Notes: generated by a model from the letters alone, not told the origin. A stretch of 64,000 nucleotides of DNA from an uncultured Spirochaetota bacterium (GCA_963783575.1 CAWAOD010000005.1:160001-224000); one strand, 5' to 3'; positions 1-10,006 are shown, counted from the first letter of the stretch. Made by a program: numbers and translations.

Positions 1-1
1 T

Positions 2-223
2 CAAGGGGAATGGTATTTTCAACAAGCATGCCGCTTGACCTTAAAGACACAAAAGGCTTTATTACTTTTTGGCAAAAAGGAATCAAAAGCTTTATTACTT
101 TCTTTCCTGAATTCGCCAGGAAAGAAAGTAATCAAAGAAAGGAGCGACCCCTTCGTATGGGCACCATTTCTGCAACATCGTGTTGCTGCCGAACTAGCGT
201 TCGGCTATCTTCATAGTCTATGA
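2..223 (+). CDS. 3' end of a hypothetical protein, truncated by the window edge
   Basis: Frame open from position 2 (QGEWYFQQACRLTLK...GYLHSL) to the TGA at 221-223. No recognisable motif. Confidence 0.35.
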   Translation, partial: QGEWYFQQACRLTLKTQKALLLFGKKESKALLLSFLNSPGKKVIKERSDPFVWAPFLQHRVAAELAFGYLHSL

Positions 224-372
224 AAAGTTCTATTGAACATCCTGTTCTCAAGGTAAGTAAATAATAGATTATTTATTAAGGGGGAATGATATATTAAATA
301 AAAGCTTTTAGAATTTAGGTGTTGTTATTCGAGATAATTTGTTAAAGCTGTCTTTTAGTAACCGCCTTGTCG

Positions 373-421
373 CAGTCCCTCCGTGGACTGACTCCTCGGC
401 TGAAGCCATCCCTGGCTTCAG
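373..421. repeat. REP-like pair of GC-rich hairpins
   Basis: CAGTCC-ctccgt-GGACTG and CTGAAGCCA-tccc-TGGCTTCAG in an AT-rich intergenic region between convergent genes. Confidence 0.55.
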
Positions 422-751
422 TATAATAATACAATCGATTATTTTTCAGGAATAACAACGATTGTTATATTGGGTTCTCTTTTAATCATACAAAAGTTCA
501 ATCAGAAATGGCGCTCATACTGCGGGGGGCAAGGAAGGAACGCCGGAATGAATACACTAGCTTAATATTTTAATAAGTCTGAGTAAGAAAGGAACAGCCA
601 GAATAAAATAACCGATTCTTTCATCATAAAACAAAGGAATTTGATACTTTATTTTTAAATTATGTTTGGACGGCTGTTCTATATAACTATGGATGAAATG
701 TACACAAATATTATAAGTTTTTGTAAATACAATAAAACCTAAAATTGTAGA

Positions 752-3700
752 TTATTTTTTGGCCATTAATTTTTCATTATTAATTCTTTTTTTGACATCA
801 TCCTGATTAAAATCCGGTGGAGTTGGTTTAAAGCCTGTTTTATCCTCTAATTGGTAATCCTGCGTTTTTAATTGATAATCTCTTAATTCACTAATATCGA
901 TTTCTTCAACAAGTAAAACATTATTACTCCCACCTTTGATTTGAAGAATATTTTTCCCCTCAGTTTTAAAAGGTTTTGTAATTCTAGAATCACCAAATTG
1001 AGAAGTATTGGATTGTAAAAAATAGCAATGGAGGTCTCTACTAGTTGCTTCTACAATATTTGAATAATAACTTGTATCTTTATTCCATTCTGAAGCAAAT
1101 ACTAAATCAATTTTTGATTTGAAAATACTTCGATGTACTATATCTGCAAGCTCAAAGCAATAATATATTGAAAAATAAATATTATGCCAATTTATTAAAT
1201 GATATAAATAATTTTTTTCATCAGGTATGGTAAAATGATATCCAGAAATCATTTTCTTTTCTGATGGAGAGTAATGATTCTTTATTCTAAATATAGGTAA
1301 AATATCTTTTCGTCCGTTTATTTTTATGGGAATAAAGCAAATAAGTATATTATAAATTGTATCATTTACTTTAATATGTTCTGATCCTATAATTATCATA
1401 ATTTCATTTATTGCTGAATTTCTTGCCACATCATAGATGTGATCCAAAGACAGACAACTTTCTGGGAAAAGAATTGTATCACAATGTTGTTCATGTGCCG
1501 ATTTTAAAATTTCAACTACTTTATCATAACTACTATGCTTTGAAATTCCTGATTTAATATTTTCTTCAATTTCATTTTCTTCAATCTTAATATTAGCAAT
1601 TCCAACTTTTATTTTATTTTTTTTGTTACTATATATATGAATTTCTAAAATATTAATTTTAGAAATAAATGTAGAATTCTCATTGTATATTTTTTCCTTT
1701 AAATCTTCATAATATTTTTTATCAATAATATTATCGATTTCTTTTTTATTAATATTTGAATAATCTGAGATATTATTATAATTTATCTTATTGTTTGATA
1801 GAAAATAGCACCTTAAAGAATCATCTAAAAAATTATTTTCTTCATAAATACCTTTGTTATCTCTTATTTTTCCTGAGAATAATTTTTCATAAAATTTCCA
1901 AGTAATGATTTCATATAATTTTATATTACGCGGAGAAAAAACTAATGAAAATAGATTAATTTTTGTTTTTTCTTTAATTAGTTCATCATAACTTTTATCA
2001 TAAGAAAAACCTTTATATTTAACAGCATCAAGAAAACCTAGGATTGGTTTCCTTAAAAATTGATATCTAATAAGATTGGAATGTGCAAATATAGATATAT
2101 AATTATTAATTTCATGAATATCAAATTCCCAATTTCCTCCATATTTTATGTAAGTATGGACAAAGTTTTCATTAGCTATAATTTCAAATTTAGTCCTATT
2201 TCTTTGTATAAAGTTATAATTAAGTGAAGTTGCCATTTCAAGGCTTAATATTAAATGTTCAAAAAGAGCGAAATAAATTTTATCACTAATATCTATATTA
2301 TCTGCTTTAATTATTGGAATTTCTTTACAGATTTTTTCAAAATTCTCCAAAAAATATTTATCATTATCCGTAATTACAAAAAATGTAAATAATTTTTCCC
2401 ATAATTGATAATAAAAATAATATTCATTCCTATAAAAAATGATGTTAATAATTTTGCCTCTTTCAAACTATCTTTTCCTGGATTATTCTTATAATACTCT
2501 ATTTTTTTAGCCAGGTAAATTGATAGTCCGTATCGTGTTTCTTTGAAATCCTTAAGTGTTTTTAATTTTCCTTTACTGTCATCAAAAATAAATTCATACA
2601 TAGCATTATCTGAATCAATTTCCTCATTTTTGTTATCTGGTAATGATCTAAATTCACTACTGCTTTTTAATAATTCTTCTTTAAACTTATTAATTACTGT
2701 TGAGGGACCATACCTATCAAAATAAAAAACTTGTATTTTTTCTGTTTGTAAAAACAAGTTGTTTTTTTTAATTTTTATTAAGCCCTTATTATTTGGATCA
2801 TCCTCAAATATTTTATCAAACCTCTCATTGATATAATTTTGTAAATTTATATTATCTTTTATATAATCAGTTATTACTAATGATAAGTCATCAACATATC
2901 TTCCATAATAAATTGGTTTTATATTTTCAATTAAATCTTGATCAAAGTCTTTAAGGTACCAGTTACATAAAATACTAGATGACATCAAACCAATTGGTAA
3001 AAAAATTTTTTTGTCATTAACAATATGAGGTTTAAAATCAGTATTAAATTTATATTGATATACTTCATGAGTTTTTATAAAAATTTGTACCAAGGTATTT
3101 AAAACTTTATCTTTTTCGTCATATTTTAGAATATTGACATGCAAGTCATTTAAATCTAATCTTATACTGTGATAACAATCCTTAATATCTAAATTAACAA
3201 TTGAAATGCTATTACCTTTTTCATGTAGATCTTTTGCTTTATTAATGCAATTATCTCTCCATTTTTGATATTGTTTAATATATGGAATAAATAAAGGCCC
3301 GTCATATTTTATGTTTTTACTAGTTGTTAATAATAACCTATTACCATAAACACAATCATTAAAGTCTTTTTCAAGTTTGAACCCTATTTTTAAAATCCAA
3401 AGCACATTTAATATATGAATTTCAATTGGAGCATCAATAAAATATACTTCTTTCTTAATTTTATAATTATTCGTGTTTTTAATGTTATAAGTAATATTAT
3501 TATTTGTCTCTTCATTATTTTCTGTTTCATTAATATCATTATTTTTCATGAATGATTTTGGCAATAGGAATATTCTGATATCACGAAACAATTCATCAAA
3601 GTACGTTAAATTATTATTAATTAAATTTTCATATAAACTTTTTAATCTATGAATTAGAATTGGTTCATTAGTTTTAACCATTTTTCTATTTAAAAATGTC

Positions 3701-3846
3701 ATAAATGCTCTTCTAAACAAACTAAAAGAATCTCCTGATTCAAATATTGCCATTCTTTTTCTCAATACTAAATTAGTATTGTCATAATATACTTCCTGCT
3801 TTAGTTTTTTATATGCTATCATTAAATCAGATAATTCAATTGACAT
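752..3846 (-). CDS. Reverse transcriptase fused to a C-terminal nitrilase (carbon-nitrogen hydrolase) domain, UG1/DRT1-like defence RT. One frameshift near 2410-2420 splits it into ORFs 2374-3846 and 752-2350.
   Basis: RT motifs LDIKDCYHSI, LPIGLMSSSILCNWYL and YYGRYVDD. Nitrilase triad motifs ILFPE, RIKNHYSPSE and YYCFELAD. Shifting frame at the ATTATTTTTATT tract reads YYQLWEKLFTFFVITDNDKYFLENFEK straight into the downstream ORF, giving ~1030 aa. RBS AGGAG at 3853-3857 (- strand). Confidence 0.85.
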
Positions 3847-4056
3847 AACTTGCTCCTAGTTAATTATTACCAAACTCTAAAATCTTTGTTTTCTTATATT
3901 ACAACCATTCATCTTATTAAAAAATTGATGGGGAAAAAAGCGAAAGGATGCGTGTCTTAGGAGCTTTAAGCCGAATGGTTAAAATTATAAAAATGAATCT
4001 CCATTACCCCCTATCAAAAAAAAGAGGGGATAAACTGCAATACGATTTATCCCCTC
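3847..4056 (-). ncRNA. Candidate structured leader or ncRNA of the RT gene
   Basis: Perfect 11-bp hairpin (4024-4034/4046-4056) followed by U8. Further inverted pairs at 3903-3910/3973-3980 and 3925-3933/4008-4017. It begins at the predicted +1 of the reconstructed promoter. Confidence 0.4.
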
Positions 4057-4191
4057 AAAAGATTATATGGAAATGATAAACTAATTTACCAGGGTAGCAA
4101 TAAATGAAATTCCCATACCTGTCACAAACAGATTTCCCATAGAGAGGCTTGAAGATTACCTTTAATGAAAATTCATTAAAGGAAGGCAGGA

Positions 4192-5745
4192 ATGGTGAAA
4201 AATATTATGTATCAGGACATAAAAAAACTGAAACTTTTGGGGAAAAGTAAAAATGGTGTATCCCGGGAACTGTCAATAGATATTAAGACAGTCCGAAAAT
4301 ATTGGGCTATGAACGATTCCGAATACCAGAAAAGCCTGATGGAATTCTCTTTCCGTGAAAAAGAATTCGAAGGAATAAAAACAGACATATTGAAAGTATA
4401 TGAAAAGAATGATTACATCCGGCTGAATATGTCTGCTGTGTATGACTATTTATTGGAGGTAAAAGGCAAACTACCGGCGAATGAAAATACGATGAGGAAT
4501 TTCGTACATTACCTGATTGAAAGCGGGCAGCTTACCTTGAATGAAAAGCGCCGGTATTACACAAAAGTGCCTGACATGCCATATGGAAAGCAGCTCCAGC
4601 TTGATTTCGGTCAATATACCGACAGATATGGCAGAAGGTATTACATATTTGCCGCGGTGTTATCCGCCAGTCGTTTTAAGTATGCGGCCCTCCAGGAGAG
4701 GCCATTCCGGACAGAAGACCTGATCAATCATCTGTTGGACTGTTTCGCATATATGGGCGGGATACCGCATGAACTTGTCATCGATCAGGACTGCACGATG
4801 GTTGCGAGTGAGAACTCAGGCGATATCATCTACACGAAAGACTTTCAGTATTTCATCGGGGAAATGGGTCTTAAAATGTATGTGTGCCGACCTGCTGACC
4901 CGGAAAGTAAGGGAAAGATTGAAAACGTAGTCAAATTCATCAAGCACGGTTTCTTCTCAGTCCGGGAGTTCAACAGTTTAATGGAAGCGGAAGAAAGCCT
5001 GATGAAATGGCTGGAAAGAAAAGCCAACGGGAGAATATCCCAGGCTACAATGAAAATACCGCTGATAGAGATTGAAACGGAAAGACCATATCTCCAATCT
5101 GTCAGGAATTCGATATTCCGTAAAGACAGGATAGGAGCAAGGGAAGAGCGCAGTGTAAGCGATAAATGCCGGATCGCAGTTGATGCAAGCCAGTATGATA
5201 TTCCCGAAAAATACAGGAACGGTTCGGTGGACATCTACAAGACGGGCAGTCGGCTTTTTGTCTTTGACAGGATAACGGGAGAGCAAATCGCCGAATACCG
5301 GCTTTCAGTGATTCCGGGGCAGATTGTAACCAACAGGGCAATGATCCGGGAAATGGGAAAGACTGTGCAGTTATTGAAAGAAGAAGTAAGCGGGTACTTT
5401 GATATTCCCGGCTGGAAGGATTTTCTTGAATGTAATTTCAGGAAGTTCAATCGTTATGTAAGGGACCAATGTCTTTCCGGAAGAAAATACTTCAGGGACA
5501 AGATAATTGATACCGGGAAGCTTACACAAGCGATCTCAAACTGCCTGGAGAGTGATAGTTATTCCATGAAGGATTTGTGGGATAATTACCTGAACTGTTT
5601 TATAACAGAAAAGGCAGAAATACCCTTGAATGTTGAAAAGATTGTCAGGCCTTCAGTGAATCCTGAACACTATCTTGAAGTAGCTAAATCAGACATCGGG
5701 AAATACCAGAGTTTCTGTGACTCCATCGGGGGCCGGCAATGTTGA
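4192..5745 (+). CDS. istA: IS21-family transposase
   Basis: N-terminal HTH (SRELSIDIKTVRKY). DDE motifs QLDFG, VIDQD and ESKGKIEN. Confidence 0.95.
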   Translation: MVKNIMYQDIKKLKLLGKSKNGVSRELSIDIKTVRKYWAMNDSEYQKSLMEFSFREKEFEGIKTDILKVYEKNDYIRLNMSAVYDYLLEVKGKLPANENTMRNFVHYLIESGQLTLNEKRRYYTKVPDMPYGKQLQLDFGQYTDRYGRRYYIFAAVLSASRFKYAALQERPFRTEDLINHLLDCFAYMGGIPHELVIDQDCTMVASENSGDIIYTKDFQYFIGEMGLKMYVCRPADPESKGKIENVVKFIKHGFFSVREFNSLMEAEESLMKWLERKANGRISQATMKIPLIEIETERPYLQSVRNSIFRKDRIGAREERSVSDKCRIAVDASQYDIPEKYRNGSVDIYKTGSRLFVFDRITGEQIAEYRLSVIPGQIVTNRAMIREMGKTVQLLKEEVSGYFDIPGWKDFLECNFRKFNRYVRDQCLSGRKYFRDKIIDTGKLTQAISNCLESDSYSMKDLWDNYLNCFITEKAEIPLNVEKIVRPSVNPEHYLEVAKSDIGKYQSFCDSIGGRQC

Positions 5746-6488
5746 AGATAAGAGAACAAATCATAACTGCGCTTACAACTCTCGGGTTGAAGGGTATGAT
5801 AAAACGGATTGATGAGGAAATTGGTGAGGCTGAAAAGGCAAAAGAGTCTTATCTGAGTTTTCTGCAGAGGCTGCTTTCTCTGGAATTGAATTATAGAGTG
5901 GAAAAACGTTTTCAGCGGAATATGGCAGGAGCACACTTCCCGGTCCGCAAAGATGTGGAAGGTTTTAATTTTGAAAAAGTGAATGGAATATCTAAAATGG
6001 ATGTTTCACAGCTATTGGATTTCTGCTGGATTGATAATCATCATAACCTGTTGTTCTTTGGGTCTCCGGGGCTGGGGAAAACGCATCTGGCAATTAGTAT
6101 CGGAATCCGGGCAGTTGAAAAGGGATATATTGTCTGCTTTGAAAGGATGACTACTCTCATTAAGTTTCTGAAAACGGCGGACATCCAGAGAAGCTCTGCT
6201 TTCAGGCTGAACCGGATGATGAAGTCACACTTATTAATCATTGATGAGATAGGTTACACACCTATCGAAAAGAAGGAGGCAAATCTATTCTTTAGTCTTG
6301 TAAGTGAATTGTATGAAAAGACATCAATTGTGATAACATCGAATAAGGGATTTCAGGATTGGGCTGAAATGATGGGAGACCCGATTATGACAACAGCTCT
6401 TCTGGACAGGCTTTTACATCATTCAAATATTTATAACTTGAGCGGAGAATCTTACAGAATACAAAATTTGAATAAGGAGGTTGAGTAA
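5739..6488 (+). CDS. istB: IS21 helper AAA+ ATPase
   Basis: Walker A GSPGLGKT, Walker B LLIIDEIGY, ITSN and ALLDRLLHH motifs. Confidence 0.95.
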   Translation: MLKIREQIITALTTLGLKGMIKRIDEEIGEAEKAKESYLSFLQRLLSLELNYRVEKRFQRNMAGAHFPVRKDVEGFNFEKVNGISKMDVSQLLDFCWIDNHHNLLFFGSPGLGKTHLAISIGIRAVEKGYIVCFERMTTLIKFLKTADIQRSSAFRLNRMMKSHLLIIDEIGYTPIEKKEANLFFSLVSELYEKTSIVITSNKGFQDWAEMMGDPIMTTALLDRLLHHSNIYNLSGESYRIQNLNKEVE

Positions 6489-6602
6489 CCATTCTTGCCT
6501 CCTCCTATGGGAAAAACTCTTGTGAAGCATATGGGAAATACTCTTGTGGAAGGGGTGGGAAATTACCCGAGTACAGGTATGGGAAAAACTCTTGACATTT
6601 CC

Positions 6603-6632
6603 ATTATAGCACAATCGCAGCGTTAATGTCAA
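6603..6632 (-). promoter_or_regulatory. Consensus sigma70 promoter (TTGACA-18 nt-TATAAT, extended -10 TG), probable native promoter of the RT gene
   Basis: The reverse complement of 6603-6632 is TTGACAttaacgctgcgattgtgcTATAAT. The IS21 target duplication lies inside its -10 box. Confidence 0.75.
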
Positions 6633-6730
6633 CAGTTAAACCTGCAACTCGCGGAATGACGGGTCTTCTTTTCACCTGCACATCTTGTCTCAATACTTCG
6701 CGGAATGATTCTGGTTAGCTTGGAATTTTA

Positions 6731-6985
6731 GTATTTCCGAACTGCAAAAAAGTACCTCAGAGGTACCTTTTTGTACTTCCGAACAGGAAAAAGGTACTTC
6801 GGAAGTACTAATTAATACCTCAGAACAAGAAAAAGCCAGTTCTGAAGTACCTTTTTCTTGTTCTTAACTTTGGCTCCGGGTTCTGAACCCGGAGTTTCTT
6901 GTCTTTTTCTCCGGCGTCCGGGTTCTGAAGTATTAAAAGCATGTTCGGGGGTAATTAACCGGAGTTTTGAACATGGTGAAAGTTT
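6731..6985. repeat. Degenerate tandem array of ~12 units, 21-bp period, palindromic core TTCNGAA (best unit GTACTTCGGAAGTAC)
   Basis: Cores start at about 6735, 6756, 6777, 6798, 6819, 6840, 6861, 6881, (6902), 6923, 6944 and 6965. Confidence 0.75.
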
Positions 6986-6992
6986 TTAAACC

Positions 6993-7473
6993 AGTGCTGG
7001 AAAAAGTTTCATTTGCAAAGGATTAACACAAAAATTGAATATAAGGTGCTATACAGCAGGTGAAATTATTAAAGAACAAAAGAATTTTGATAAGTAAATG
7101 ATATAAATGATAATCAAAGATTACTTATTGAAGGCATAAAATCACAAATAGATAAAAATCAATATTGTCTTCTGGATGGTCATTATACACTAATAAACTT
7201 AAAAAATGAAATAGTCAGAATTCCATTGGAAACTTTCAGATTAATTTCTCCAATAGCTTTATTATTGAAAATATGTAATGTGAAAGTCATTAAAAATCGT
7301 TTAAGAGATAGAGACGGAAATAATTATGATGAAGATTTATTAAATCGGATGCAGGAAGAAGAAATTTCTTATTTTGAAGAAGTTTCCTAACTGCTTTCTA
7401 TACCAAAAGTTATTATATCCGATAATCAAATTGAAGATATTATCAAATTTCTCATTGCGGATGGAATAATTAA
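6993..7473 (+). pseudogene. P-loop nucleotide kinase-like (adenylate kinase/AAA_17-type) gene remnant
   Basis: Reads ..SAGKSFICKGLTQKLNIRCYTAGEIIK.., then after a frame break ..NQRLLIEGI..LLDGHYTLIN..IPLETF..RLRDRDG..QEEE. Stop at 7388-7390. The 5' end and start are missing and abut the repeat array. Confidence 0.6.
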
Positions 7474-8990
7474 TGAGAGTCTTATTAGACACTAATATTA
7501 TTATTCACAGAGAAGCAAATCGGGTCATTAATCAAGATATTGGAATACTTTTTCATTGGTTAGATAAACTACATTATGAGAAATGTATTCATCCTTATTC
7601 CATCGATGAAATCAGAAAATATCAAGATCAAGATGTTGTTAAAACATTTGAAGCAAAAATTAAAAATTATAATGAATTGAAAACTATTTGCCCCGATAAG
7701 CCGGAAATTATTAAATTAGGAAACCAACTTGATCAAACTGATAATGATAAAATAGATACATCTATTCTTAGTGAATTATATTCAAATAGAGTTGATTATT
7801 TAATTTCAGAAGACAAGAAAATCCATAATAAAGCACGTCAATTAGGAATTTCTCAAAAAGTTTTTTATATTAATTCTTTTCTTGAGAAATTGACATTTGA
7901 AAACCCGGAATTTAAAGATTATAAGGTATTATCAGTTAAAAAAGAATATTTTGGTAACATTGACTTATCAGATACTTTTTTTGATACATTTAAAGAAGAC
8001 TATCCAGGATATGAAAAATGGTTTAATGGGAAGGCCAATGAAATCGCATATGTTTGCCATTCTGATCAAGGTAAGATATTAGCATTCTTATATTTGAAAA
8101 TAGAAAATGAAAAAGAAAATTATTATGATATTGAACCAATATTTTTGCCTAAAAGGCGGCTAAAGATTGGTACATTTAAGGTCATTAATAATGGGTATAA
8201 ATTAGGGGAACGATTTTTAAAAATTATTTTTGATAACGCTCTTAATTTCTCAGTACAAGAAATTTATGTAACAATTTTTAATAAACGGCCTGAACAGCAA
8301 AGTTTAATAACTTTACTTGAAAGTTTGGGATTCAGACATTACGGTATAAAAACTTCTTCCGGCACAGAACAAGTATATGTAAGAGATTTTAGTAAAAAAG
8401 TGAATATAACTGAACCAAGGATGACTTTTCCTTTTATATCATCAAATCAAAATATATTTATAATTCCTATTTATCCACAATACCACACAGAATTATTTCC
8501 AGATTCCATTTTAAGTACTGAATCACCTTATAATTTCGTTGAAAACGAACCTCATAGAAACGCAATTAAAAAAGTATATATATCAAGATCAATTGAGAGA
8601 AATTTATGCTCAGGCGATCTTATACTATTTTATAGAACAAAATATAACGGGCCAGCTTATTTTACATCCGTTATTACCACAATAGGTGTCGTTGAAAGCA
8701 TAAATGACAATATAAAAGATGAAAATGAGTTCATAAGTCTTTGCAGAAAAAGAAGCGTTTTTTCTGATAACGAATTAAAAAGTCATTGGAATTATAACAC
8801 AAGAAATAAGCCTTTCATTGTTAATTTTTTATATGTATACTCTTTTCCAATTCCAAGAATTAATCTTAAGCAATTAACAGAATATGGCATTATATCTCAA
8901 GCTCCAAGAGGATTTGAAAGAATTGAGAAGTCATGTTTTTTAATACTTTTAGAGGTTACAAATGCACAAAGAAGTTTTATTGTCGATTAA
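7473..8990 (+). CDS. PIN domain-GNAT acetyltransferase-PUA/ASCH-like fusion protein
   Basis: PIN start VLLDTNIII and later D..I...LISEDK. GNAT motif LKIGTFKV..GYKLGERFLK. C-terminal KKVYISRS..GDLILFY (PUA/EVE-like). Confidence 0.8.
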   Translation: MRVLLDTNIIIHREANRVINQDIGILFHWLDKLHYEKCIHPYSIDEIRKYQDQDVVKTFEAKIKNYNELKTICPDKPEIIKLGNQLDQTDNDKIDTSILSELYSNRVDYLISEDKKIHNKARQLGISQKVFYINSFLEKLTFENPEFKDYKVLSVKKEYFGNIDLSDTFFDTFKEDYPGYEKWFNGKANEIAYVCHSDQGKILAFLYLKIENEKENYYDIEPIFLPKRRLKIGTFKVINNGYKLGERFLKIIFDNALNFSVQEIYVTIFNKRPEQQSLITLLESLGFRHYGIKTSSGTEQVYVRDFSKKVNITEPRMTFPFISSNQNIFIIPIYPQYHTELFPDSILSTESPYNFVENEPHRNAIKKVYISRSIERNLCSGDLILFYRTKYNGPAYFTSVITTIGVVESINDNIKDENEFISLCRKRSVFSDNELKSHWNYNTRNKPFIVNFLYVYSFPIPRINLKQLTEYGIISQAPRGFERIEKSCFLILLEVTNAQRSFIVD

Positions 8991-9372
8991 ACCAACGTAT
9001 GTTCAAAGAATATTTGAAGGCAGTAAAAAATATGAATTTAGACGAGTTATTTTCAAAGAAAATAATATAGATAAGATTATTGTTTATGCCTCCGCACCAA
9101 TAAGTAAAATTGTAGGAGAATTTACAATAGAAAATATTATCTATGACAAATTAGATTATATTTGGGAATTAACGCAAAAAGAATCAGGCATATCTAAAGA
9201 TAATTACTATGATTATTTTGATTCCAAACATTATGGCTATGCAATTAAAATAAGTAAATACCTGAAATACGAAAATCCGATATGTTTAAAAGAAATTGGA
9301 ATTACTCCCCCTCAATCATTTATGTATATCAGTCTTAATACTCTTTGTGAAAATATCAAAATAGCGTTCTAA
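8962..9372 (+). CDS. ASCH domain protein
   Basis: LLSIKP..IFEGSKKYEFRR, VYASAP..IVGEF and PPQSFMY motifs. Confidence 0.85.
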   Translation: MHKEVLLSIKPTYVQRIFEGSKKYEFRRVIFKENNIDKIIVYASAPISKIVGEFTIENIIYDKLDYIWELTQKESGISKDNYYDYFDSKHYGYAIKISKYLKYENPICLKEIGITPPQSFMYISLNTLCENIKIAF

Positions 9373-9400
9373 AATTGTCAAAATAAAAGGAGCCATAGCA

Positions 9401-10006
9401 TTGACTAATAATACAGATAACGATTACGCCCTTTTTGTATCAGAATTAAAGAATATTTTAAATGATAAAGAAATAATTGATGAAAGTGAAATAAAAAAAG
9501 TTTTTAAAATAGAACGATATGATAAAGGAAAATTTTTTGTGATGGAAGGTAATGTACCCGAAAAAATGGGCTTTATTACGAAAGGTCTTATGAAATATTA
9601 CTATATTGATTTTGATGGAAATGAGTGGATAAAGCACTTTGCTGCAGAAAAAAATATTGTTGCGTCTTATTCCAGCTTCCTGAATCAAATTCCTTCTCCC
9701 TATAGTATAGAAGTAATGGAGGATACGAGTATTTTGTCGATTAATTTTCATTCATATATCAATAAAATAAATAATTCGATGAAATGGTGCACTATTGCCA
9801 GAAAATACACCGAAAGAATTTATTTTGAAAAAGAAAAACGAGAAGCCAGTTTTTTGAAGGAAGACGGCAGTGAACGGTATTCCATTTTTTTGAAAGAATA
9901 TAAACACCTTATCGACAGAATCAGCATGAAGGACATAGCGTCTTTTTTAGGACTGACACATGTTTCCTTATCCCGTATAAGAAATAAAAAACAGGGTAAA
10001 AATTAA
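9401..10006 (+). CDS. Crp/Fnr-family transcriptional regulator
   Basis: cNMP-binding-type N-terminal domain (GLMKYYYIDFDGNE). C-terminal HTH IASFLGLTHVSLSRIR. GGAG RBS before the TTG start. Confidence 0.85.
   Translation: MTNNTDNDYALFVSELKNILNDKEIIDESEIKKVFKIERYDKGKFFVMEGNVPEKMGFITKGLMKYYYIDFDGNEWIKHFAAEKNIVASYSSFLNQIPSPYSIEVMEDTSILSINFHSYINKINNSMKWCTIARKYTERIYFEKEKREASFLKEDGSERYSIFLKEYKHLIDRISMKDIASFLGLTHVSLSRIRNKKQGKN

Larger units (their letters stand above)
4068..6603 (+). mobile_element. IS21-family insertion sequence, 2536 bp
   Basis: istA-istB pair. Termini TGGAAATG...CATTTCCA. Internal ~24-bp-spaced TGGGAAA/TTCCCA repeats at both ends. 5-bp direct repeat TTATA at 4063-4067 and 6604-6608. 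Confidence 0.92.

Noticed and set aside
752..4056. Retron, group II intron or diversity-generating retroelement
   Set aside because: The RT is nitrilase-fused and lacks a retron VTG motif, a maturase/HNH region and an Avd gene. The duplicated segments in the window do not show adenine-restricted variation typical of TR/VR pairs.
4074..6597. Alternative IS21 boundaries TGATAAAC...CTTGACA
   Set aside because: They give no target duplication. Boundaries 4068-6603 give TG...CA ends, better inverted repeats and a 5-bp TTATA direct repeat.
6731..6985. CRISPR array or TIGR-like guide array
   Set aside because: No identical repeats separated by unique spacers. The period is 21 bp with degenerate units. 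No cas or Nop-domain gene is in the window.
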